64,000 nucleotides of DNA from an uncultured Clostridia bacterium (GTDB lineage: Bacteria; Bacillota; Clostridia; TANB77; CAG-465), in the NCBI GenBank assembly GCA_944386605.1, contig CALXBS010000001.1, positions 29,718-93,717 of the forward strand, read 5' to 3'. A program made the position numbers and the translations under genes. Shown one piece after another: positions 36,781-44,885 of this stretch (its first letter is position 1; every line of letters begins with the position of its first letter). The notes under the pieces were generated by a model that saw only the letters and a program-made list of their open reading frames with translations, was not told the origin of the DNA and did no database searches.

Positions 36781-37389
36781 ATGAAGGAAAAAATATTTGA
36801 ATATATAAATGAATATCAAAAGATCATTAAAGTAATTCTTATTTGTATCATACTTGGAATATTAACTGGAAATATTATTTTTGGATTATTAAATGATGGA
36901 CTAAAAAATGAATTTGTTTCTGGCTTTAAAAATACACTAGAGCTAGTAAAAAACAGTGGATTTCAAGATGTCAATATGATAAAAAACGGGATCATTTCAA
37001 ATGCAATATTAATATTTATTATTTATTTTTGTTCCATTACTTTACTTGCTCCTGTTTTAATAGGAAGTATCGCTTTTTTTAAGAGCTGTGCGATTGGATT
37101 ATACTTTCCAATTATTTTTTCTATATTTGGTTTTTCGAAAGGAATATTAGTAACTCTTTTATTACTCATATTACCTAATCTAATTTACTTACCTAGTTTT
37201 ATATTTTTAAATGTGAATGCCATTCATTTTCATTATGAATTATTTGAAAATGATGATAGAGCAAGAATTATGATTGTCCTTAAAGAAATTGTCAAAATAG
37301 GGATTGCTTTTTCTTTTGTTATTTTATCTGTTGTACTAGAACAAATTTTAACGAATATTGTATTAAATATATATCTTAATTTGGGTTAG
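36781..37389 (+). CDS. spoIIM: stage II sporulation protein M-like membrane protein
   Basis: About 200-aa polytopic membrane protein. Size, hydrophobicity pattern and position next to xerD match SpoIIM. The start is ambiguous (36763 or 36781). Confidence 0.6.
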   Translation: MKEKIFEYINEYQKIIKVILICIILGILTGNIIFGLLNDGLKNEFVSGFKNTLELVKNSGFQDVNMIKNGIISNAILIFIIYFCSITLLAPVLIGSIAFFKSCAIGLYFPIIFSIFGFSKGILVTLLLLILPNLIYLPSFIFLNVNAIHFHYELFENDDRARIMIVLKEIVKIGIAFSFVILSVVLEQILTNIVLNIYLNLG

Positions 37390-37513
37390 TAAAAGTAATT
37401 TTTTTAATATTCTAGTTTAGAAAAATAAAAGACATTACATAACTTTTAGATAAACTATTGCAAATTTGTCGGAAATAGTGTAAAATAAATATGACGAAAC
37501 GGGAGGACAAATC

Positions 37514-38374
37514 ATGAAAATTATTATAGACGAGTTTATTGAAAGTTTAAAAGCTAGACAGGCTTCGCCAAACACATTAGCTTCTTATGAAAGAGATGTT
37601 ATTCAATTTAGCAATTATTTTGAATCACAAAACAAAAAAATATTTGATCTAACAAAAGAGGACATGCAAGAATATATTAACCACTTAATTGCAGAAGGAA
37701 AGTCTAATTCTACAATTTCAAGAAGCACTGCCTCTATTAAAGCTTTATATAGATATTTGATTAGTAAAAAATTGGCTGAGGAAAATATTGCAGAGGATAT
37801 CGAAGCACCAAAAGTAGATAGAAAAGATCCAATTATTCTTAATTCTTCTGAAATAGAGAAATTATTAGAGCAACCAGATTTATCAGAATTAAAAGGTCAA
37901 AGAGATAAAGCTATGCTAGAAGTATTATATGCAACTGGTATTAGAGTAACAGAATTAATTTCTCTTAGAGTAGAAGATGTAAGTTTGACTAATGGATATA
38001 TTAAGGTGAAGAAGAAAAATTCTGAAAGACATATTCCATTAGGAAATTTGGCTTTAAAATGTTTAAGAGAATATATGAACAAGGTAAGACCTTTATTAAT
38101 TAGAACAGAAGATGAAAGAACTTTATTTATTAATACAAATGGCCAAAAAATGACAAGACAAGGATATTGGAAAATCTTAAAACAGTACAAAGAACAAGCA
38201 AAAATCGATAAAGATATTACACCACATACAATTAGACATTCTTTTGCTGTTCATATGTTAGAAAGTGGTGCTGAAATTAAAACCGTTCAAGAATTATTAG
38301 GACACACAGACGTAGCTTCTACTATGATGTATACACAGTTTACAAATAATAATATAGATGATAAAAACGTTTAA
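37514..38374 (+). CDS. xerD: site-specific tyrosine recombinase XerD
   Basis: SPNTLASYERD, ATGIRVTELISL, HTIRHSFAVHML, LLGHTDVASTMMYTQ (R..HxxR..Y catalytic set). Confidence 0.8.
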   Translation: MKIIIDEFIESLKARQASPNTLASYERDVIQFSNYFESQNKKIFDLTKEDMQEYINHLIAEGKSNSTISRSTASIKALYRYLISKKLAEENIAEDIEAPKVDRKDPIILNSSEIEKLLEQPDLSELKGQRDKAMLEVLYATGIRVTELISLRVEDVSLTNGYIKVKKKNSERHIPLGNLALKCLREYMNKVRPLLIRTEDERTLFINTNGQKMTRQGYWKILKQYKEQAKIDKDITPHTIRHSFAVHMLESGAEIKTVQELLGHTDVASTMMYTQFTNNNIDDKNV

Positions 38375-38390
38375 ATAATGATAAGAATAG

Positions 38391-38427
38391 AAAGAAATCA
38401 GGATAAAAGAAATATCCTGATTTTTTT
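38391..38427. terminator. bidirectional terminator (xerD / gatD)
   Basis: AATCAGGATAaaagaaaTATCCTGATT flanked by an A-run on the 5' side and a T-run on the 3' side. Confidence 0.8.
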
Positions 38428-38441
38428 GCAATGTGTCTATT

Positions 38442-39197
38442 TTAGTTATCATGATTCATATTTAAGAATTTATGTAATAGTTGTTTTCTACATAAATTTT
38501 CAAATGTATCATTTAATGGTTTTAAAATCGTATCTTCTTGGTATTTTTTATCTAAACAATGTTTAATAATGTAATCGGCAAGTTTAGGATTTTTAGAAAG
38601 AAGAGGGCCATGTAAGTAAGTAGCTATCACATTTTCTTTGAAAAATCCTTCTTCTGTATCACTAAATTGATGAGCCTTTCTAAATAAAATTTTCCCAAAA
38701 GGAGAAGGAATATCATATGTTTGTCCACTATGATTTTCAAATCCAATGATTTTTGTTTCCTGACCATTTAAATTCACACTAAGTATAATATCTCCAATAT
38801 ATCTTTTTTTCTCTTTTTCGCTACTTTCTGTATAATATGGAAATATTTCTAAACCAGGTATGATATGACCATGAATATTTTTATAGTATTTTCCAAATAA
38901 TTGATAGGCACCACAAATAAGGAGGAAAAATACACCTTCTTTTTCCGCTTCTTGTATTTCTTCTTTATATTGAATTAAATCTTTAGATAAGATACCTTGT
39001 TCGTTATCGGCTCCTCCTCCAGCAAAGATCATATCATAGGATTTAAAATTAGGCCTTTTATCTCCAATAGAATAGGTATCTATCGTGCAGTGAATACCAC
39101 GCTGTTCTAATCGATATCTTAGTACTTGTATATTTCCTTGGTCACCATATAATTCTAACATATCAGGATATAGGTATAATATTTTTAATTCTTTCAC
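38442..39197 (-). CDS. gatD: lipid II isoglutaminyl synthase, glutaminase subunit GatD
   Basis: CobQ-like type-1 amidotransferase: ILYLYPDMLELYGDQGN, LLICGAYQLFG (nucleophile Cys), ATYLHGPLLSKNP. Lies directly downstream of murT. Confidence 0.85.
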   Translation of the reverse strand: MKELKILYLYPDMLELYGDQGNIQVLRYRLEQRGIHCTIDTYSIGDKRPNFKSYDMIFAGGGADNEQGILSKDLIQYKEEIQEAEKEGVFFLLICGAYQLFGKYYKNIHGHIIPGLEIFPYYTESSEKEKKRYIGDIILSVNLNGQETKIIGFENHSGQTYDIPSPFGKILFRKAHQFSDTEEGFFKENVIATYLHGPLLSKNPKLADYIIKHCLDKKYQEDTILKPLNDTFENLCRKQLLHKFLNMNHDN

Positions 39198-39204
39198 AAT
39201 GATT

Positions 39205-40531
39205 TCAACTCCTATATTTTAACTTTAAAAGTTCAGCTCTAGTGGGTTGTAAAGAGGTATAATTTGCAATAATATATTTTTTTGTTGTATTGGTATACAA
39301 AGCTTTTACTGCTTGTTCCAAATCAGGATAGCTTTCTATTTTAGTTTCATCAAATCCAGCAATTTTTATTCGAATGGCAATATCATAGCTTCTTGTCCCA
39401 GCTGTTACAATTCTTTTAACATTATTTAAATTTTCAAAGTTAATATCCCAAATCCAGGATACATCCGTTCCATCTACTTGGTTATCATTTAAAACAAAAA
39501 AGAGTTCCTTTTCTTCTTTGTCTTCATTTAATAATTGTAAGCTCATATTAGCGCCAGTTGGATTTTTTGCTAAATTGATAATAGTAGGGGTATTTTTGAT
39601 GACTAATTTTTCAAATCTACCATTATTTAACTCAAATGTAGATAATGCTTTTTTAATAAAGTTAGTATCTACATGATATAAAGAACAACAAGTAATGGCA
39701 GCAGTAAAATTGTAAATAATATATATACTATTTGACTTTATTTTATACAAAGTATCATCTATTTCAAAGGTTTTTTCATGAAGATTGATATTTCTAGCCT
39801 CTTTATAAATCGCATGATTCCCATAATCACAATTTGGGCATACAAATTTTCCTATATGAGAATATTGATAATATTCATATTCTAAACGTGTTTGACAAAA
39901 AGGACAGAATTTTCCTTCTCCTACTTCTTTCATATAATCTGTTGAAAAAGGATATTTGTCAACATGAAAGTAATATACATTTTGATTATTTGGGTTTGCT
40001 TTTCCTAGTCTTGCAACATTAGGATCATCATTATTTAAAATCAAGTTACCATGATAATTTTTTAAAAACTCATTTATTTTTAAGATTAATAATTCCACTT
40101 CACCAATTCTATCTAACTGATCTCTAAAAAAATCTAATACAATTAATGTATCAAGTGGTAAATCTTTAAATACAATAGGTAAATAACCCTCATCTACCTC
40201 AAAAACTAAATAATCTGCTTTTATTTTTCCGAGTGAATGTGCAAGCTTTTAATAAGGTAGAAAGGATGCCTGTTGCCATATTATTTCCCTCTTGATTACT
40301 AATGACCGTTTTTCCAGCCGTTTGAAAAATATATCGAATAGCATTATTTGTCATTGTCTTTCCATTGGTGCCTGTAATGGCTATAACGGGACAAGTTATT
40401 TTAAAATATTTAAAAATTTGAGGATTCCAGTTAAAAGCAATTTTTCCTAAGAAATTTCCACCGTGTTTTCCGCATAGTTTTAAAGCAATATGAAATAGTT
40501 TCATCGCAAGTACAATAAAAAAGTTTTTCAT
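39205..40531 (-). pseudogene. murT: murT (lipid II isoglutaminyl synthase, Mur-ligase subunit) interrupted by a +1/-1 frameshift
   Basis: N-fragment 40531-40199 (ITGTNGKTMT, QEGNNMATGILSTLLKA) stops at a TGA. The downstream frame, open from 40248, reads KLAHSLGKIKADYLVFEVDEGYLP...FFRDQLDRIGEVE, continuing into ORF 39205-40098 (Zn ribbon CPFC...CPNC, C-terminal DUF1727-like part). The shift must lie within 40202-40248. Confidence 0.8.
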
Positions 40532-40802
40532 TTGTTTGACTCCTTTGTAAAATTACTATTTGCATTATAGCATAATGAATAAAAAAGATAAAGCGTTATG
40601 AAGTATAAAAATGATATTATATTTTTGAGTTAACAGATGAAGAAATGCATAAGATCGAAATGCTAAATACTGGTATAAGGTATAAAGTTGGTAAAAAGTT
40701 ATAGTATAGTAAGTTAAATATCATAAAGTAGGCAGATAATAAGTTGAAAGTATCTGTCTTTTATTATATAATTATGATTGTTGAAAGAGTAAAGAAAGGA
40801 AA

Positions 40803-41348
40803 ATGATAATTAAAATGCAATATACAAGTAAGTATCAATCGTTAATAGGAGAAATATTATTATCAGCAGATGAAATAGGAATAACAGGTTTATGGTTTAC
40901 AGATCAAAAATATTATGCATTGTATCTTGATCAAGAAAATGAAGAAAAAGAAACTTTGTTATTAAAAAAAGCAAAAGAATGGTTAAATATTTATTTTGAG
41001 GGAAAAGAACCTAATTTTAAATTACCACTTCATTTTATAGGAAGCGATTTTCAAAAAGAAGTATGGCAGATTCTTACCACAATTCCTTATGGAAGAGTAA
41101 TAACTTATGGAGAGATAGCAAATATTTTAGCAAAAAGAAAAGGTATATCTCATATGTCAGCACAAGCAGTTGGAGGAGCCGTTGGACATAATCAAATTTC
41201 TATTATTGTGCCTTGCCATAGAGTGGTTGGAAGTAATGGAAGTTTGACTGGATATGCAGGGGGCATAAAAAGAAAAAAATATCTATTAGAACTTGAAAGA
41301 GTGAATATGGATCATTTATTTGTGCCAACGAAAGGAACAGCGATTTAA
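40803..41348 (+). CDS. ogt: methylated-DNA--protein-cysteine methyltransferase
   Basis: N-terminal domain plus the C-terminal IPYGRVITYGEIA...VPCHRVVGSNGSLTGYAGG. Confidence 0.9.
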   Translation: MIIKMQYTSKYQSLIGEILLSADEIGITGLWFTDQKYYALYLDQENEEKETLLLKKAKEWLNIYFEGKEPNFKLPLHFIGSDFQKEVWQILTTIPYGRVITYGEIANILAKRKGISHMSAQAVGGAVGHNQISIIVPCHRVVGSNGSLTGYAGGIKRKKYLLELERVNMDHLFVPTKGTAI

Positions 41349-41656
41349 TGAGCAACATTTTGAATGAAGAGTTAATTTATTTAGTACTTTCAATTGTAGA
41401 GGAGATACCAAAAGGAAAAGTCGCAACTTATGGACAAGTTGCGTGTTTAGCTGGTAGACTGAAAAATTCTCGCTTGGTCGGGAAAATTCTAAGCATGTCA
41501 GAGTTTTATGGTGAATATCCTTGTCATAGAGTCGTTAATTGTAATGGAAGAATAGCTCCCTTTTTTACTGAACAAAGACAATTATTAGAGGATGAAGGAG
41601 TCATATTTAAAAATGAAACATGTGTTGATTTAAAACAATACCAATGGGAAATATAG
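41348..41656 (+). CDS. MGMT-family single-domain protein (DNA-binding/active-site domain only, Cys retained)
   Basis: 102 aa; IPKGKVATYGQVA...YPCHRVVNCNGRI. TAATG start/stop overlap with the upstream ogt. Confidence 0.8.
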   Translation: MSNILNEELIYLVLSIVEEIPKGKVATYGQVACLAGRLKNSRLVGKILSMSEFYGEYPCHRVVNCNGRIAPFFTEQRQLLEDEGVIFKNETCVDLKQYQWEI

Positions 41657-41664
41657 GAGGAAAC

Positions 41665-42198
41665 ATGGTTTATTGTAAGAAATATTTTTCTCCATTGGGA
41701 GAAATAACATTAAATTCAGATGGAGAGTTTTTAACAGCCTTATGTTTTGAAGATGGAAAAGATTATGGTAGATATATAAAAAGCAGCGAAGAGAGAGAGT
41801 TACCTATATTTGAAGAAACGGTAAGATGGTTAGATATATATTTTAGTGGAAAGAATCCGGATTTTATACCTAAATATAAAAGAAATGATATAACACCTTT
41901 TAGACAAGAAGTAATCGATGAAATGATTAAAATTCCGTATGGAACAACAGTAACCTATAACGATATATCTAAGGCAATTGCTCAAAAGAGAGGACTAACT
42001 AAAATGTCGGCACAAGCAGTAGGAGGTGCCGTGGGTTGGAATCCAATTTGTATTATAATACCTTGTCATAGGGTAGTAGGAACAAATGGTAGTTTAACAG
42101 GATATGGCGGTGGAATTATTAATAAGATGAAACTTTTAGAATTAGAAGGGGTAGACATAACAAAATATTATGTTCCAAAGAAAGGAACTGCTTTGTAA
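41665..42198 (+). CDS. ogt: methylated-DNA--protein-cysteine methyltransferase (second full-length copy)
   Basis: IPYGTTVTYNDIS...IPCHRVVGTNGSLTGYGGG. ATG 41665 follows AGGAGG. Confidence 0.9.
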   Translation: MVYCKKYFSPLGEITLNSDGEFLTALCFEDGKDYGRYIKSSEERELPIFEETVRWLDIYFSGKNPDFIPKYKRNDITPFRQEVIDEMIKIPYGTTVTYNDISKAIAQKRGLTKMSAQAVGGAVGWNPICIIIPCHRVVGTNGSLTGYGGGIINKMKLLELEGVDITKYYVPKKGTAL

Positions 42199-42764
42199 TG
42201 GAAATTAGAAGATGTAAATGGGTAAATTTAAAAAATCCAAGATATATAAAATATCATGATAAGGAATGGGGAATTCCACATTATGATGATCACTATATGT
42301 TTGAATTTTTGGTATTAGAATCTTTTCAAGCAGGACTATCTTGGGAATGCGTTTTAAATAAAAGGGAGGCTTTTCAAAAAGCATTTGATTCTTTTGATTA
42401 TCAGAAAATAAGTAGATATGATCAAAAGAAAATAGAAGAGCTTTGTAGCAATCGTGAGATTATAAGGAATAGGTTAAAAATAGAAGCTACCATCAATAAT
42501 GCAAAAATATTTATTAAAATCCAAAAAGAGTTTGGGAGTTTTTCAAATTATATATGGAAGTTTACAGATAATAAAGTTGTAAAAAATATGGATGATCATT
42601 TTAAGACAACCTCTGAATTATCAGATAAAATTTCTAAAGATTTAAAAGAAAGAGGAATGAAATTTGTTGGTTCAACCATTATATACTCTTATCTCCAAGC
42701 GATTGGAATTATTAATGATCATGAGTTAGAATGTGATTTTTATCACCAAAAGAAAAATAAATAA
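42198..42764 (+). CDS. tag: DNA-3-methyladenine glycosylase I
   Basis: RCKWVNLKNPRYIKYHDKEWG.P..DD...FE.L.LE.FQAGLSW. TAATG overlap with the upstream gene. Confidence 0.9.
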   Translation: MEIRRCKWVNLKNPRYIKYHDKEWGIPHYDDHYMFEFLVLESFQAGLSWECVLNKREAFQKAFDSFDYQKISRYDQKKIEELCSNREIIRNRLKIEATINNAKIFIKIQKEFGSFSNYIWKFTDNKVVKNMDDHFKTTSELSDKISKDLKERGMKFVGSTIIYSYLQAIGIINDHELECDFYHQKKNK

Positions 42765-42778
42765 ACAATAGAAATTTT

Positions 42779-42803
42779 AAAGCAGGTAAAACTGCTTTTT
42801 ATT
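42779..42803 (+). terminator. intrinsic terminator of ogt-tag operon
   Basis: AAGCAGgtaaaaCTGCTT followed by TTTATTTT. Confidence 0.7.
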
Positions 42804-42815
42804 TTATAAAGACTA

Positions 42816-42865
42816 TTGACACTGTGTCAGAAATGGTATATACTAATGTTACTGACATAGTGTCA
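42816..42865 (+). promoter_or_regulatory. promoter with two TetR-type palindromic operators
   Basis: TTGACA (42816-42821), 17 nt spacer, TATACT (42839-42844). Operator 1, TGACACtGTGTCA (42817-42829), is a perfect palindrome overlapping the -35. Operator 2, TGACATaGTGTCA (42853-42865), lies just downstream of the -10. Confidence 0.6.
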
Positions 42866-42894
42866 ATTGAATTTGGATTATGAGGAGGGGAAAA

Positions 42895-43506
42895 ATGACA
42901 AAAGAATTAGAAGATAAAAGAAAAGAAGAGATTACAAATGCTTGTTTAAAATTATATGAAACAAGAAATTTTAAAGATATTACGATAAAAGATATTGGGG
43001 AGATTATATCTGTTTCAAGACCTAGTATTTATAATTATTTTCATACAAAGGAAGAAATATTTTTAGAGTTGCTAAAAAAAGAATATATTTTATGGATAGA
43101 AGAATTAGAAGAAATTATACTAAAAAACGAAAAACTGAGTACAGAAGATTTTTCAAAATTAATTGCTAAATCGATTGAAAATCGAGAGAAAATGTTAAAG
43201 CTTTTATCCATGAACATGTATGATATAGAAGAAAAGAGTAGGCTTGAAAAATTGATAGAGTTTAAAGAAATTTTTGCTCAGTCTATGGAGACAATGAAGA
43301 AGTGCTTAGATAAGTTTTTTAAGCAAATGTCAGAAGAAGAAAAAACAGATTTTCTTTATAGTTTCTTTCCTTTTATGTATGGTATCTATCCTTATACGAA
43401 AGCCACGGAAAAACAAAGAGAAGCTATGAGGATAGTAGGTTTTCATTATCATTATATGAGTATTTATGAAATTACTTATAAAGCGTTAAAAAAATTATTA
43501 AAGTAA
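42895..43506 (+). CDS. TetR/AcrR family transcriptional regulator
   Basis: N-terminal HTH FKDITIKDIGEIISVSRPSIYNYFHTKEEIF. ATG 42895 follows GAGGAGGGG. Confidence 0.85.
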   Translation: MTKELEDKRKEEITNACLKLYETRNFKDITIKDIGEIISVSRPSIYNYFHTKEEIFLELLKKEYILWIEELEEIILKNEKLSTEDFSKLIAKSIENREKMLKLLSMNMYDIEEKSRLEKLIEFKEIFAQSMETMKKCLDKFFKQMSEEEKTDFLYSFFPFMYGIYPYTKATEKQREAMRIVGFHYHYMSIYEITYKALKKLLK

Positions 43507-43525
43507 ATCTAGATTGGAGTAAGAG

Positions 43526-44209
43526 ATGAAAAAGAAAATAAGTGTGATGATTAATATTTTGATGACAATCTTTTTTGTTGTCCTTATGGGCTATCATATA
43601 ACGGGTAATCAAATACATGAATATTTAGGTGTGATTACCCTATTACTAGTAACTATACATAATTATCTTAATATAAAATGGTATAAAAATATAGTAAAAG
43701 GGAAATACCATTTTCAAAGAATTCTTTTAACAGCAATTGATCTGTTATTATTAGTAGCAACTATCGGTATCGCAATTAGTAGTGTTATTATTTCGACAGA
43801 TGTATTTCAGTTTTTAAATATTCAAACAACTATGTTTGGAAGAAAACTGCATATGTTTACAACGTCTTGGGCTTTTATACTAATATCAGCACATATAGGA
43901 TTACATTTAAGTAGTTTTATTGGAATGATAAAAGATAAACTAAAAAAAAGTATGTTTGAATATGTATATTATGTTATTTTATTAGCAATTGTTTTGTATG
44001 GAGGATATAGTTTTGTAGCTACTAGATTTTTTGAAAATATGTTTTTATTAAAAGATTTTACTTTTTTTGATTTTAATAAAAATCCAATCATAGTCTATAT
44101 AGAGTATATAGCAATATTATTATTTGTAGCTTTTATACTATATGGAATAACCCATATAGTTAGAAAAATAAAAGGGAGTAGAAAAAAGGAGGAGAAAAAA
44201 TATGAATAA
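43526..44209 (+). CDS. 6-TM membrane protein with intramembrane histidines (DUF4405-like; family call from memory)
   Basis: Six hydrophobic helices. His residues in helices 1, 2 and 4 (GYHITGNQIH, TIHNY, LHMFTT...SAHIGLH). Its stop overlaps the next gene's ATG. Confidence 0.55.
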   Translation: MKKKISVMINILMTIFFVVLMGYHITGNQIHEYLGVITLLLVTIHNYLNIKWYKNIVKGKYHFQRILLTAIDLLLLVATIGIAISSVIISTDVFQFLNIQTTMFGRKLHMFTTSWAFILISAHIGLHLSSFIGMIKDKLKKSMFEYVYYVILLAIVLYGGYSFVATRFFENMFLLKDFTFFDFNKNPIIVYIEYIAILLFVAFILYGITHIVRKIKGSRKKEEKKYE

Positions 44210-44870
44210 AAAGATAATTGTTTTAATTGTTGTTTTATTAGTAATCATAGCAGGAGTAGTAATTGCTTTATTTTTACAAAAAAATAATGAAAATCAAGAA
44301 AATAATGAAAATAATGAAAACAAGATAGTAACAGAAGCAAATAATGAAGTAATTAATAACTCAGAAACAGAAGGAGGGGAGACAGGAATGCAAGATAAAA
44401 AGATATTAATATTATATTTTTCGCAAAGTGGCAATACGCAAACCGTTGCAAATTTTATCCATGAAATTGTAGGAGGAGATTTGGTAAGATTAGAAACAGT
44501 AAAGACATATTCAGATAATTATAATGATTTATTAGATGAAGCACAAGAAGAAAAGAATAGTAATGCAAGACCAGAATTAAAAACCAACTTAGATAACATA
44601 GAGGAATATGATATTATTTTCTTAGGTTACCCAAATTGGTGGGCAGATATGCCAATGCCAGTATATACATTTTTAGAAGAATATGATTTATCTCAAAAAA
44701 CAATAGTACCATTTGTAACAAGTGGTGGAAGTGGATTTTCAAATACAATCAGTAGCATAAGAGAAAAACAGCCAAATGCAATTATTGAAGAAGGTTTATC
44801 AATTTATGGTTCATCTGCTGAAAACTCTAAAAATCAAGTAGAACAATGGATCAATCAATTAGGTTTTTAA
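44202..44870 (+). CDS. membrane-anchored flavodoxin-like protein
   Basis: N-terminal MNKK + hydrophobic helix, N/E-rich linker (NNENQENNENNENK), then a flavodoxin fold: ILILYFSQSGNTQ...IIFLGYPNWWADMP...VPFVTSGGSG. Confidence 0.8.
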   Translation: MNKKIIVLIVVLLVIIAGVVIALFLQKNNENQENNENNENKIVTEANNEVINNSETEGGETGMQDKKILILYFSQSGNTQTVANFIHEIVGGDLVRLETVKTYSDNYNDLLDEAQEEKNSNARPELKTNLDNIEEYDIIFLGYPNWWADMPMPVYTFLEEYDLSQKTIVPFVTSGGSGFSNTISSIREKQPNAIIEEGLSIYGSSAENSKNQVEQWINQLGF

Positions 44871-44885
44871 ATTAAGGAGATGAAT

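Noticed and set aside
37514-38374. Tyrosine recombinase as a marker of a mobile element
   Set aside because: It has full XerD-type motifs and length, sits next to spoIIM as in Bacillus, and has no flanking att-like repeats, excisionase or cargo genes.
38378-38566. 62-aa plus-strand ORF after xerD
   Set aside because: It spans the bidirectional terminator and the 3' end of gatD on the other strand, and it has no RBS.
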